Counted from the stretch's first letter, positions 28,003 through 37,904 are shown. The stretch is DNA of 64,000 bases from Candidatus Omnitrophica bacterium UBA6253 (GCA_002441245.1 DJVP01000011.1:53295-117294), one strand, 5' to 3'. Program-made: numbers and translations. The notes: generated by a model from the sequence alone, not told the origin.

Positions 28003-28060
28003 ATAGACAGTTTACGTAACTTTATGGAATTATAATAGTTGTAAAACAAATATTACCGAA
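28003..28060 (-). repeat. Inverted repeat module (ATAGACAGTTTACGTAAC ... GTAAAACAAATATT), the left arm of a 331-bp doublet
   Basis: Its reverse complement is AATATTTGTTTTACAACTATTATAATTCCATAAAGTTACGTAAACTGTCTAT. Confidence 0.55.
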
Positions 28061-28097
28061 TTGAGCGCGGTTAGCTTTCTATAATACAGGAGGTGGC

Positions 28098-28262
28098 ATG
28101 GGCGATGAGGGTGGGTTTCTGGTGGATATTGACGGAAAGATATCTCTTCGTTGTTACAAGATTGAGTTTGATTATGACGAATACCAGTATGTGGTTAATG
28201 GTACGGAAAGGCATGAGCTTCCTTCCTGTGTAAAAAAGATAAATATTAATGTAGAAGGGTAA
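28098..28262 (+). CDS. Small ORF (54 aa) enclosed by the two arms of the repeat doublet; hypothetical
   Basis: An AGGAGG RBS at 28088-28093 lies 4 nt before the ATG. The ORF reads MGDEGGFLVDIDGKISLRCYKIEFDYDEYQYVVNGTERHELPSCVKKININVEG. It is absent from the ORF track only because of the length cutoff. No family recognised. Confidence 0.3.
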   Translation: MGDEGGFLVDIDGKISLRCYKIEFDYDEYQYVVNGTERHELPSCVKKININVEG

Positions 28263-28282
28263 GGGGTTACATGTAAAGTTGA

Positions 28283-28333
28283 ATATTTGTTTTGTAACCT
28301 CTTGGCTTTTATGAAATTACGTAGACTGTCTAC
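28283..28333 (+). repeat. Direct repeat module (AATATTTGTTTTGTAACC...TTACGTAGACTGTCTAC at 28317-28333), the right arm of the doublet
   Basis: This is the best consensus copy. It ends 8 nt before the ATG of the 28341 gene. Confidence 0.6.
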
Positions 28334-28340
28334 TAAGTAA

Positions 28341-29087
28341 ATGATTAAATTAAAGGATACTTTTCGCAAACGTTTTATCGCCGCTGAATCTGATACCCTC
28401 GTTATTGAAACTATTCAAACAATCTCCAAAACCAAACGCCAGAAACTCCGCTTACTCAGACTCAAAGGCACCTGGCGCGCAAACGAATATAATGAGCTAG
28501 TCTTTCAAGCAGCAGTCCGAAGAGGTTCTCCTGAAAAATACACCTTTAAAGGTGCCTGGAAAATAAACAAAAACCAGCAGATTGAATATAACTGTGGCGA
28601 AGGCCCGGATGTGTTGACATTTAAGGGCTACTGGAATATATCTTCAGCTAATAAGCTTGTTTATATTATAGAGGGCAGCTCAACTTCGCGCTTTGAATTC
28701 AAGGTTCAGCTTGAATCGCCCACACTTTACCCTAAAAAAGGAGAGATCCGCTATCGTATCGGCATAGGCACTCGTAAAAGCCGCCTAAGCGGCCCAGGCC
28801 AGATAGTTATTCTTTACGGTGAATGGAAGTTTGGCCGCAATTTAGGGTTAACTTTTCAGATGGATTATGGCCAGGGGAGGATCAAGGAAATAGAATTCGG
28901 CGCGGCTGTTTCCTTTGGGCGTAACAAGGTAATCTTTGCTCTTAAAAATGAATTTGGCAAACCCTTAGGCATAACTCTTGCCATGACGCATAAATTCCTG
29001 AAAGCCATTGATGCCGAAGCATTTATAAGATTGAAATCCCGCCAAAATGAACAGTCAATAGAAACCGGAGTTGCCATCCCTTTTTAG
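28341..29087 (+). CDS. Hypothetical protein (predicted beta-rich, no recognisable family)
   Basis: 248-aa ORF with a clean start right after the repeat. It has repetitive K/G-rich alternating hydrophobic strands (FKGAWKINK, FKGYWNISS). Confidence 0.45.
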   Translation: MIKLKDTFRKRFIAAESDTLVIETIQTISKTKRQKLRLLRLKGTWRANEYNELVFQAAVRRGSPEKYTFKGAWKINKNQQIEYNCGEGPDVLTFKGYWNISSANKLVYIIEGSSTSRFEFKVQLESPTLYPKKGEIRYRIGIGTRKSRLSGPGQIVILYGEWKFGRNLGLTFQMDYGQGRIKEIEFGAAVSFGRNKVIFALKNEFGKPLGITLAMTHKFLKAIDAEAFIRLKSRQNEQSIETGVAIPF

Positions 29088-29186
29088 TTAAAAAATCATT
29101 TATTTCCCTTGTTTTAATGCTATAATTTATGTTTAGTAACTCATATAGATTTAATTCAAAATTTCCATAAAAGGAGCTAAAAAGAT

Positions 29187-30173
29187 ATGAAAAAGAAGGC
29201 GCTTATTACAGGAATTGATGGCCAGGATGGTTCATATTTATCAGAATTTTTACTCAAGAAAGGTTATCAGGTCCACGGTATTGTAAGAAGGGTTGCCTTA
29301 GAGGATCCTGAGCATCAGCTTTGGAGAATAAGGCATATTTTAAATAAAATCACCTTACATGCCGGTTCTCTTGAAAGCTTTGCAAGTTTGTTTAAAGTTG
29401 TACATAGAATAAAGCCTGATGAATGCTATCATCTGGCAGCGCAGAGTTTTGTTAGTTATTCATTTGAAGATGAATTTTCAACCATCAACACAAATATTAA
29501 TGGCACGCACTATATTCTTGCTGCAATCAAGGAGCTAGCCCCGCGTTGTAAGTTTTATTTTGCCGCTTCCAGCGAGATGTTTGGTAAGGTCAGAGAAACT
29601 CCCCAGGACGAAAACACTCCATTCCATCCACGTTCTCCTTATGGCATATCAAAAGTTGCCGGTTTTGATTTAACGCGTAATTACCGCGAAGGTTATGGTA
29701 TGTTTGCCTGTAATGGCATCCTGTTTAATCATGAATCTCCGAGGAGAGGTTTTGAGTTTGTCACGCGTAAAATAACCAATGCCGTTGCTGAAATAAAATT
29801 TGGCTTAGCAAAAGAACTAAGGCTGGGTAATTTAGAGGCTAAGAGGGATTGGGGTTTCTCCGGAGATTATATTCAGGCAATGTGGCTGATGTTACAACAG
29901 GATAGGCCTGATGATTATGTTGTTGCTACCGGTGAAACGCATACAGTAAAAGAATTTGTTCAGCTCGCTTTTTATTATGCTGGGCTTGATTGGAAGAAGT
30001 ATGTAAGGATTGATAAAAACTTCTACAGGCCTGCTGAGGTGCATCTTTTATTGGGTGATTATTCTAAAGCAAGGAAGAAATTAGGCTGGAAGCCAAAAGT
30101 TAAGTTCCAAGAATTAGTAAGAATGATGGTGGATAATGATTTAGCTATTATGCAGGTTAAGTGCGGTAAATAA
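29187..30173 (+). CDS. gmd: GDP-mannose 4,6-dehydratase
   Basis: KKALITGIDGQDGSYLSEFLL...YGISKVAGFDLTRNYREGYG is the GMD signature. Confidence 0.9.
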   Translation: MKKKALITGIDGQDGSYLSEFLLKKGYQVHGIVRRVALEDPEHQLWRIRHILNKITLHAGSLESFASLFKVVHRIKPDECYHLAAQSFVSYSFEDEFSTINTNINGTHYILAAIKELAPRCKFYFAASSEMFGKVRETPQDENTPFHPRSPYGISKVAGFDLTRNYREGYGMFACNGILFNHESPRRGFEFVTRKITNAVAEIKFGLAKELRLGNLEAKRDWGFSGDYIQAMWLMLQQDRPDDYVVATGETHTVKEFVQLAFYYAGLDWKKYVRIDKNFYRPAEVHLLLGDYSKARKKLGWKPKVKFQELVRMMVDNDLAIMQVKCGK

Positions 30174-30177
30174 CGCA

Positions 30178-31023
30178 ATGAGAGAGATTACCCGGCAACA
30201 GGCCAGCTGGAAATACCTGAATCCGTTTAGTACGCTTTGGGGGATCTGGAAGGGCAGGGGCCTGCTTGATCAGCTTGTCCGGCGTAACATTGAAGGCCGG
30301 TACAAGGGGACTATGATGGGGTTAGTCTGGATGATAGTGACGCCGTTAGTGATGTTAGCGGTGTATACTTTTGTCTTCGGGGTAATTTTTAAAGCACGTT
30401 GGGGCGCGGGGCTTGGCGATTCTAAAGCAGCGTTTGCTCTGATTATGTTTTGTGGTATGGCTGTGTTTAATATTTTTTCAGAAAGCGTAAATGGCTCAGT
30501 GGGGATTGTAGTAGGGAACCCAAATTACGTGAAAAAAGTAGTTTTTCCCTTAGAGCTCTTGCCGGTTTCTTCCGTGTTGAGCGCTTGTTTTTTCGGATTG
30601 GTTTGGATTGGAATCTTGCTTTTGGGTATCGTCCTATTCTTCCATAAGTTTTGTCTAGCTGCCATTTGTCTCCCGCTGATTTTTATTCCATTGGTACTTT
30701 TTTCCTGCGGGCTCGCCTGGTTCGTTGCATCACTAGGAGTTTTTATCCGTGATTTGGCGCATTTAATCGGGATCGTTTTACAGGTATTGTATTTTATGAC
30801 TCCGATTTTTTACAGCGTTGAGATGGTTCCGGAGTCAGTTAGAGGTGTTTTACTTTTAAACCCCTTAACCCCGATTGTTCAGTCTGCGCGGCAGGTTTTA
30901 ATCTATAATCAGTGGCCGGATTGGCATGGGCTTGGTATCGTAACATTACTGTCTATGGTGGTGTTCCAAATGGGATATTTCTGGTTTATGAAGACTAAAA
31001 GGGGGTTTGCTGATGTCCTCTGA
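30178..31023 (+). CDS. wzm: Polysaccharide ABC-transporter permease (Wzm/KpsM-type, ABC-2)
   Basis: 281 aa with 6 TM helices in the ABC-2 family. It is immediately followed by the ATPase gene with a 17-nt overlap. Confidence 0.8.
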   Translation: MREITRQQASWKYLNPFSTLWGIWKGRGLLDQLVRRNIEGRYKGTMMGLVWMIVTPLVMLAVYTFVFGVIFKARWGAGLGDSKAAFALIMFCGMAVFNIFSESVNGSVGIVVGNPNYVKKVVFPLELLPVSSVLSACFFGLVWIGILLLGIVLFFHKFCLAAICLPLIFIPLVLFSCGLAWFVASLGVFIRDLAHLIGIVLQVLYFMTPIFYSVEMVPESVRGVLLLNPLTPIVQSARQVLIYNQWPDWHGLGIVTLLSMVVFQMGYFWFMKTKRGFADVL

Positions 31024-32338
31024 GATTGTTTTAAAGGTAGAGAATATAGGCAAGCGCTACGAGATTTACGAAGCACCTCATCATCGTCTCTTGCAGACTC
31101 TTTTGCGTGGCCGTAAGCAGTTCTATAAAGAGTTTTGGGCGCTTAAGGATGTTTCATTTGAAGTAAAAAAAGGTGAGACCGTTGGCATTATTGGTCGTAA
31201 TGGTTGCGGTAAAAGCACGCTTCTCCAGATTATTGCTGGTACACTTGCGCCGACCACCGGAAGTGTGAGTGTAAATGGTAAGGTTGCGGCTCTTTTGGAA
31301 CTTGGTAGTGGTTTTAATCCTGATTTCACAGGTAGGGAAAATGTGTATATGAATGGTGCGATTATTGGGTTGCCTAGGAAAGAAATGGAGCGAAAGTTTG
31401 ATGGAATCGCTGCCTTTGCTGATATTGGTGAATTCATCGATCAACCGGTCAAGATTTATTCTTCTGGTATGTTTATTCGGTTAGCGTTCGCAGTGACGCT
31501 AAGTTTGAATCCTCAAATTCTGATCGTTGACGAAGCTCTGAGCGTTGGGGATATGTTTTTTCAAGCGAAATGCATGCTTCGAATGAAAAATCTTATTGAT
31601 GGAGGGACAACGATTTTATTTGTAAGTCACGATATGTCTGCTATCAAGAATCTGTGTTGTAAAGCAATTTTTGTAAGCGAAGGACGCATCAAAAAAGTTG
31701 GAAATACTAATGAAGTTGTAGATGCCTATCATTCAAGTTGTCATGGAAGCGATTCCAATAGTAATCGAATAGAAACCATTAATCAAATTTCTCCAATAAA
31801 AGATAAAAACTCTCAAGATCAGACTACTAAAAATGATCTTATTATTAAAGAATACGAAGTTGATGTTACCTATGCAAGATTTTCTAAGGAGCAACGGTAT
31901 GGAGACGCGAAAATTCAAATCGATTCTGTTAGAGTGTTTGATGAAAATGATAAGCCTCTTAAGGAGATTAATTTGTTTCAAAAAGTAAAGATTAAAGTAT
32001 GTCTGAATTTTAAGGAAATATCAAGCGATGAATACAATGTTGGGTTTTTGGTCCGTAATCTTAATGGTTTGGAGCTTTTCGGAGCGCGAACTGCTGAATT
32101 ATGTCCTGGAATTCCCTATAAACATAAAGGAGAAAAAGGTATAGTATGGTTTTCTTTTACAAATTACCTTTCTTCTGGGGGTTATACGTTGGCTGTTGGA
32201 GTAAGTAACAAAAGAGAGGTTAATGTTATTGAATATTATGATTGGATTAATAATGCTTTCGTTTTTAAATCCATAAGTCCCCCCAATATGGCTTGGGGAT
32301 GTTTTTATAATAATATGGATGAAATTGTGATTGTTTAA
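31007..32338 (+). CDS. wzt: Polysaccharide ABC-transporter ATP-binding protein with C-terminal carbohydrate-binding extension (Wzt-type)
   Basis: Walker A GRNGCGKST, signature YSSGMFIRLAFA, Walker B ILIVDEALSVGD. The extra ~190-aa C-terminal beta domain is typical of Wzt O-PS terminator-binding modules. Confidence 0.85.
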   Translation: MLMSSEIVLKVENIGKRYEIYEAPHHRLLQTLLRGRKQFYKEFWALKDVSFEVKKGETVGIIGRNGCGKSTLLQIIAGTLAPTTGSVSVNGKVAALLELGSGFNPDFTGRENVYMNGAIIGLPRKEMERKFDGIAAFADIGEFIDQPVKIYSSGMFIRLAFAVTLSLNPQILIVDEALSVGDMFFQAKCMLRMKNLIDGGTTILFVSHDMSAIKNLCCKAIFVSEGRIKKVGNTNEVVDAYHSSCHGSDSNSNRIETINQISPIKDKNSQDQTTKNDLIIKEYEVDVTYARFSKEQRYGDAKIQIDSVRVFDENDKPLKEINLFQKVKIKVCLNFKEISSDEYNVGFLVRNLNGLELFGARTAELCPGIPYKHKGEKGIVWFSFTNYLSSGGYTLAVGVSNKREVNVIEYYDWINNAFVFKSISPPNMAWGCFYNNMDEIVIV

Positions 32339-32416
32339 ATTAATTTCTTTATAAAAAAATATTAAAGCTATAGCTATTACTCGAATTAACAAGAAAGATT
32401 GACCATATATTAAATC

Positions 32417-33841
32417 ATGGCAGAAAAAATATACTTATGCTCTTTTAATCAGATGAATCTAGGGATTCGACAGATATACGCGTATTTGTTGAATGCTAAA
32501 ATATATTCTGAAATGATATTCGTTAATCAGAAAACAGATATTGTGGAAATGGCAAAGCATCTTTTGTCATCTAAAATTGTTGCCTTTAGTGTTTTTACTG
32601 ATGAAATGCCACTGGCGCGGAAGCTGTCTGCTGAAATAATGCGTAATCGGAAAAAGAAACATCCGATTATTGTATTTGGCGGGCATCATCCAACCTTGAA
32701 CGCTGGGGAGTGTTTAGAGTTTTGTGATTGTGTTGTGCGAGGTGAAGGTGAAGAAACATTATTAGATATTTGCAGAGATTCTCAAAAAATAGTAAATATT
32801 AAAAACATATCATATCTAGCTGGAGAATCTATTGTTGAGAATCCATTACGTGAGTTGGTGTCTGATCTGGATGAGTTGCCTTTCCCGAATTATGATGATT
32901 TAAATACACTCGCGACCTATCATATAATGACTAGTAAGGGGTGTCCGTTTAATTGCTCATATTGTTATAATAATGCATATCGGAAAATGTATGCCGGTAA
33001 AGGTAAGTATATTAGATTTAAAAGCATACCGTATGTCATAAAAGAATTAGAACGGGCTAAACAAATGTTCCCAGATATTAAAACTGTAGAGATTATGGAT
33101 GATAATTTCTTTATGCGAAAAATTGAAGAGATTATGTTATTTGCAGAGGAGTATAAAAGTAAGATTAGCTTACCGTTTTTTTGTTTAGCGAATCCAACGT
33201 ATGTTACAGGGGATAAGCTTCAAGTATTGAAAAGCGCGGGATTGGAACGCATTCAAATTGGAATTCAAACGGGTAGCGAAAAAATTAATTACTCTATTTA
33301 CGACCGAAAAATTCCGAATAAAAAGATTCTGGAGTGTGCGTATCTCTGTAAGAAATATTCTATTGCAGTTTTTTACGATTTAATATTCAATAACCCGTAT
33401 GAGTCAAATAATGATGTTAAAAAAACATTGCAGATACTTTTGAGAATACCAAAACCTTTCCATCTTCAGGGATTTAATTTAATTTTTTATCCGAACGCGG
33501 ACATAGCAATGAGAGCATTGCATGATGGGTATATACTTCCACGTACATCCGAACATGAAGAAGTAAATACTATTCAGAATGATAACAACAGCCCACTACG
33601 TTTTAGTAACTCAATTGGAAGCCCTTTTTGGAAAACTCATTATTCAACAAGCTCAAAAAAAATAAAATTAAATAATCTAATTGCTCTTTCTCAGTTCCTC
33701 CCGAATTATATAATACGTTTATTGTCTATTTTACCTGGTGATGTGTTGCAGCATGTGCGTTATTGGTTAAAAATTAAGAAAAAACTTATACCCGAAGAAG
33801 AATATCTTTTACGGTTGCTTTCAAGTAGCAAAGTTGAATAA
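32417..33841 (+). CDS. B12-binding-domain radical SAM protein (paralog 1)
   Basis: An N-terminal cobalamin-binding-like domain and a CX3CX2C motif (GCPFNCSYC). Confidence 0.8.
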   Translation: MAEKIYLCSFNQMNLGIRQIYAYLLNAKIYSEMIFVNQKTDIVEMAKHLLSSKIVAFSVFTDEMPLARKLSAEIMRNRKKKHPIIVFGGHHPTLNAGECLEFCDCVVRGEGEETLLDICRDSQKIVNIKNISYLAGESIVENPLRELVSDLDELPFPNYDDLNTLATYHIMTSKGCPFNCSYCYNNAYRKMYAGKGKYIRFKSIPYVIKELERAKQMFPDIKTVEIMDDNFFMRKIEEIMLFAEEYKSKISLPFFCLANPTYVTGDKLQVLKSAGLERIQIGIQTGSEKINYSIYDRKIPNKKILECAYLCKKYSIAVFYDLIFNNPYESNNDVKKTLQILLRIPKPFHLQGFNLIFYPNADIAMRALHDGYILPRTSEHEEVNTIQNDNNSPLRFSNSIGSPFWKTHYSTSSKKIKLNNLIALSQFLPNYIIRLLSILPGDVLQHVRYWLKIKKKLIPEEEYLLRLLSSSKVE

Positions 33842-33914
33842 ATGAAATGGATGTTGTAAAAATTGGTTAATTTGTATGTATCTTATCTGAACAAGTGGAC
33901 TTATAGGGTAATTT

Positions 33915-36428
33915 ATGGATAGAAAGACATTTTATCAACTATATATTGAGCATACTGGGAAGATATCAGATAAGTGGTCACTGTATTTGACCGAATACGA
34001 ACGCTTGTTTAATGATTATCGTGATAAACCAATACGTTTGTTTGAAATAGGCATACTAAATGGCGGTTCGTTGGAAATTTGGGTTAAATATTTTCTAAAA
34101 GCCGAAAAAATTATCGGTTGTGATATAGATAACAAATGCAGGAATCTTCAGTATAGCGACCCTCGGATTTCGGTTATTGTGGGGGATGTCAACTCAGAGG
34201 ATTGTCAGCAGCGCGTTCTTCAACAGTCGTCGTTCTTTGATATTATTATTGATGATGGCTCGCACATATCTAGCGACATTGTGCATTCTTTTGCTCGGTA
34301 TTTTCCATACTTGAATTATGGAGGTATTTATGTGGTTGAGGATATTCATTGTAGTTATTGGGATGATTCGGGAGGTGGAATATACAACCCCTATTCACCG
34401 GTTAGTTTTTTTAAAAGATTGGTGGATATCGTTAATTATGAGCATTGGCGGAATAATAAGCCTAGGGGTAATTTACTGAAAGAATTTACGGCGCATTTTG
34501 GTGCGAATTTTATTGATGACGATCTTGCAAGAATCCATTCTATCGAGTTTGTGAATTCGTTATGTATAATTAAGAAACTTCCTTTAGAAAAGAATGAAAT
34601 CGGTAAACGAATAGTTGTTGGATCAGAGGAGTATGTGACATCGGGGTGGAAACGCTATAATTCTGCTTTGATTCAAGATATGGAAATGAACGTTATAGAT
34701 GATGAGTTTTTAGACGTTTTTGCGTTGATTCGCGCGGTTACCGAATACAATGGGAAAATACTTAATCTCGATAATGAATTACGAAATATTTATAATTCTA
34801 AGAGATGGAAGCTAATTATGAAGGTTGCCGCGCCTGTTTTTTTTGTAAAACAGATTATGTATAAGATTAGGGATTTGATCAAATTAAATAAGGTTAGGTT
34901 TTTTCTGAAGCGTTGTGTATATTTGGTACGCCGTTTTTTTAAAATAACAGCTGATTTAGGATTAGGAGTTGCTATTACTGAAGTCTTTTCAACCCTAGCT
35001 GGTAATAACTACTCATTAATTAAGCTGCCTTTTGTTCCTTTGCCTGAAGATAGCATTTCTACATTAAAATATTCAGAGTCTATTGATGGTCTGAATGCTA
35101 TTTTTGAACGATTAAAGCTTAATTTTGATGCTAAAAAAGTTTGGGAATTACTTTTATCCCATTTAAATTCTGTTGTTTTATATGAATTACAGACAGAGAT
35201 TCTTATGCTCGAGCGATTTTTTTTGTCCGTCAATAGTAAATCTTCCTGCGAATTGATTCAGGCGTCAATTTTGCCTCAACTGAAATCAACCCGGCGTAAG
35301 AGGAATATTCTTTTTGTTACCTCTTTGTTTCCCAACCCGAATCACGGTGGCGGAGGGAGGGTGGTTGATTTTATTAAGGCTTTATCTAAGGATAACGCAA
35401 TCTATTTATATTCTTTTTACAACCCATTTGAAGATCGCCATGCTTATCAGCAAGTCTTTCGGTATTGCGCAAAGATTAGGCGAGTTCATTCCTGGAATTC
35501 TACAAAAAACCTGGTATATATTCGAGGATGGTTAAAAGATATTTCGATAGATATAGTTCATTATGAGTGGCCCGAATCTTTGATTAATTACGATCCATCT
35601 TTAGGAAAAGTTCATATTTTTACATATATGGAAGCTGTGAGTTTGCGATTATTAATGGAGATATCAAAGGAAAGTCCCCTTAGCTTGTTATGGATTGATA
35701 AACTAAAAAAATTAATTCATTATTTAAAAATAGAATTGGTGGATGCTTCGGTTATGGATGCTCGCGTTGCTGTTACGACTAAAGATGCTGAGTTTTTCAA
35801 AAGTCTTGTTCCGGAATTGGAGTATACCATTTTAAATCATGGCGTTAATATGAATGAGTTTTGTTTGCCTGATGTTAAACCAATGCCGTATACACTTGTT
35901 TATGTTGGGAATTTTTTGCATCCCCCTAACGGAGATGCGGTTCGGTTCTTTTTTGATTCAATTTGGGAAAATGTTTTACAAAATGTCCCACAGACAAAAA
36001 TTTATATAGTAGGAGCTCATCCTCCTAAATGGATTAAGTTGCTGTCGAAGCAGCGTAATGTGTTTGTTACAGGGGAAGTCTCTGATATTCGTCCATACAT
36101 ACAAAGGGCTTCAATATGTATTGCTCCTTTGATCTCTGGTGCAGGATTGCGAGGTAAAGTTATTCAGTATGCTTCATTACGAAGAACATTTGTCGCGACG
36201 TCTATTGCGGTATCAGATTTAGCTTTAGTTGATGGTAGTGATTATCTCAAGGCTAATACTGGTAAAGAGTTTTCAGAAAGCCTGTTAGCGTTATTGAAAG
36301 ATGGAGAGCGTGCTCGTAAAATGGGTTTAAGGGCGTATGAAACAGTTGTAAAATATTATGATAGCTATCGTTTGACTAATTATCTACTAAGGATTTATGA
36401 CCGGTTAGATGAGAGGATGCATGTTTAG
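33915..36428 (+). CDS. Multidomain protein: N-terminal class I SAM-dependent methyltransferase (CmcI/'cephalosporin hydroxylase'-like), a long helical middle region and a C-terminal GT4 glycosyltransferase
   Basis: 837 aa. The N-terminus has [13 protein letters not shown]...IIIDDGSH. The C-terminus has the GT4-like EX7E region ...[11 protein letters not shown]. Confidence 0.65.
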   Translation: MDRKTFYQLYIEHTGKISDKWSLYLTEYERLFNDYRDKPIRLFEIGILNGGSLEIWVKYFLKAEKIIGCDIDNKCRNLQYSDPRISVIVGDVNSEDCQQRVLQQSSFFDIIIDDGSHISSDIVHSFARYFPYLNYGGIYVVEDIHCSYWDDSGGGIYNPYSPVSFFKRLVDIVNYEHWRNNKPRGNLLKEFTAHFGANFIDDDLARIHSIEFVNSLCIIKKLPLEKNEIGKRIVVGSEEYVTSGWKRYNSALIQDMEMNVIDDEFLDVFALIRAVTEYNGKILNLDNELRNIYNSKRWKLIMKVAAPVFFVKQIMYKIRDLIKLNKVRFFLKRCVYLVRRFFKITADLGLGVAITEVFSTLAGNNYSLIKLPFVPLPEDSISTLKYSESIDGLNAIFERLKLNFDAKKVWELLLSHLNSVVLYELQTEILMLERFFLSVNSKSSCELIQASILPQLKSTRRKRNILFVTSLFPNPNHGGGGRVVDFIKALSKDNAIYLYSFYNPFEDRHAYQQVFRYCAKIRRVHSWNSTKNLVYIRGWLKDISIDIVHYEWPESLINYDPSLGKVHIFTYMEAVSLRLLMEISKESPLSLLWIDKLKKLIHYLKIELVDASVMDARVAVTTKDAEFFKSLVPELEYTILNHGVNMNEFCLPDVKPMPYTLVYVGNFLHPPNGDAVRFFFDSIWENVLQNVPQTKIYIVGAHPPKWIKLLSKQRNVFVTGEVSDIRPYIQRASICIAPLISGAGLRGKVIQYASLRRTFVATSIAVSDLALVDGSDYLKANTGKEFSESLLALLKDGERARKMGLRAYETVVKYYDSYRLTNYLLRIYDRLDERMHV

Positions 36429-36987
36429 AATACATAAAAAGATTTTTCATTTTATAGAGGCACTGTTGTATTATATTGCTAACCACTGGATAACGGATAT
36501 CCCTTCTTTTCATGTGCGGCATTGGTATCTGCGGAGGGTTTTAGGTTTTTTTATTGGGAATAGATCTAGTATTCATATGGGGGTATTTGTAACTGGCAGA
36601 AATATTAAACTGGGGAATTGCGTGGTTATTAATCGCGGTGTTTATCTAGATGGAAGAATTGGAGTAGAGATTCATAATAATGTAAGTATCTCGCCGGAAG
36701 TTTATATTATGTCAATGGAACATGATCCTAATAGTCCAGTTTTTGCTACGCGTGGTGGAGTTGTAATTATAGAAGATTATGTTTGGATTGGTGCTAGGGC
36801 TATTATTTTGCCTGGGGTGCATATAGGCGAAGGAGCTGTTGTTGGGGCTGGTGCGGTAGTTACCCGTGATGTATTACCGTATCGAGTTGTAGCAGGGATG
36901 CCGGCTCGGGTTATTGGCGAAAGAAATCGTCAAATTGATTACCAGTGTGTTTATTTCCCTTGGTTCGATACCGATATTCAAAGATAA
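36409..36987 (+). CDS. Hexapeptide-repeat (LbH) O-acetyltransferase
   Basis: Repeated [LIV]GxxxxI hexapeptides ([25 protein letters not shown]). Maltose/galactoside acetyltransferase-like. Confidence 0.7.
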   Translation: MRGCMFRIHKKIFHFIEALLYYIANHWITDIPSFHVRHWYLRRVLGFFIGNRSSIHMGVFVTGRNIKLGNCVVINRGVYLDGRIGVEIHNNVSISPEVYIMSMEHDPNSPVFATRGGVVIIEDYVWIGARAIILPGVHIGEGAVVGAGAVVTRDVLPYRVVAGMPARVIGERNRQIDYQCVYFPWFDTDIQR

Positions 36988-37049
36988 ATAGAATAATAAC
37001 CAATAGCATAATTAAGTACGTTAAAAATAACCTAAATTGAAGCATTAAT

Positions 37050-37904
37050 ATGTCAGGGATATTAACAGCAAGAGAGTGTTTGTTATATTATCAGCGTTGC
37101 CGTGAAATTTCACTATCTGAGGTGCAACAGAATATCGCTCAATTTCCTAAGGTGAGTATTCTTGTTATCACTTACAATAATCTTCTTGTGAGCCGGCTTT
37201 GTCTGAGCAGTATTTACTGTAATACTACATATCTTAATTTCGAAGTTATTGTAGTAGATAATGCATCAACCGATGAGACACCAATTTGGCTTCAAGCTTA
37301 CGCCAAGACTCATTCTAATTTAAGAATAATTTTTAATCCGGTTAATCGTGGATTTTCGTCCGGGAACAACCAGGCTGCGTATGAAGCAACAGGGGAATAC
37401 TTAATTTTTTTAAATAATGATACTATTGTGACACGGGGATGGGTTGAGAAACTCTTGATGCATATGCAAAGCGATTCTAAAATCGGTTTAGTAGGTCCGG
37501 TAACCAATGCCACTGGGAATGAAGCTCGTATACCTGTAAACTACAATACTCCGGAAGAGATGGAAGCTTTTGCAGCGGATCGGTCACGGGTTATGTTTAT
37601 GCAGTCGTTTGATATCCGTATGTTGGCTTTCTACTGCGTAATGGCACGAAAAGAGCAATATGAAACTTTAGGTGGTTTGGACGAGCGTTATTTGGTCGGC
37701 ATGTTTGAAGATGATGATTTGGCAGTTCGTTATCATCAGGCAGGATTACGGGTAATATGCGCGGAAGATGTTTTTATCCATCATTTTCAAGGCGTGTCAT
37801 TTGATAAGCTTGATAATAAAAAGTATCAAAAAATATTTGATGAAAATCGAAGAAAATATGAGGAGAAATGGGGATGCGTGTGGAAACCTTACCAGTTTCG
37901 ATAA
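37050..37904 (+). CDS. Family 2 glycosyltransferase
   Basis: VSILVITYNN...VDNASTDET with a DxD-like NNDT motif. GT-A fold. Confidence 0.8.
   Translation: MSGILTARECLLYYQRCREISLSEVQQNIAQFPKVSILVITYNNLLVSRLCLSSIYCNTTYLNFEVIVVDNASTDETPIWLQAYAKTHSNLRIIFNPVNRGFSSGNNQAAYEATGEYLIFLNNDTIVTRGWVEKLLMHMQSDSKIGLVGPVTNATGNEARIPVNYNTPEEMEAFAADRSRVMFMQSFDIRMLAFYCVMARKEQYETLGGLDERYLVGMFEDDDLAVRYHQAGLRVICAEDVFIHHFQGVSFDKLDNKKYQKIFDENRRKYEEKWGCVWKPYQFR

Noticed and set aside
14390-28333. Possibility that the repeated GTAGACWGTCTAC copies form a CRISPR array
   Set aside because: The spacing is irregular (0.1-5 kb). Copies occur in both orientations and are embedded in longer conserved modules. No cas genes are present.
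29109-29126. TTGTTT ... TATAAT upstream of gmd as a sigma70 promoter
   Set aside because: The -35 to -10 spacing is only 6 bp. Only an extended -10 (TGCTATAAT at 29118-29126) is plausible, and the support is too weak to list as a feature.
32377-32386. Perfect 10-bp palindrome AGCTATAGCT between wzt and the first radical SAM gene
   Set aside because: It is short, AT-rich, has no T-tract (so it is not a terminator) and is not repeated elsewhere. Expected by chance in AT-rich DNA.
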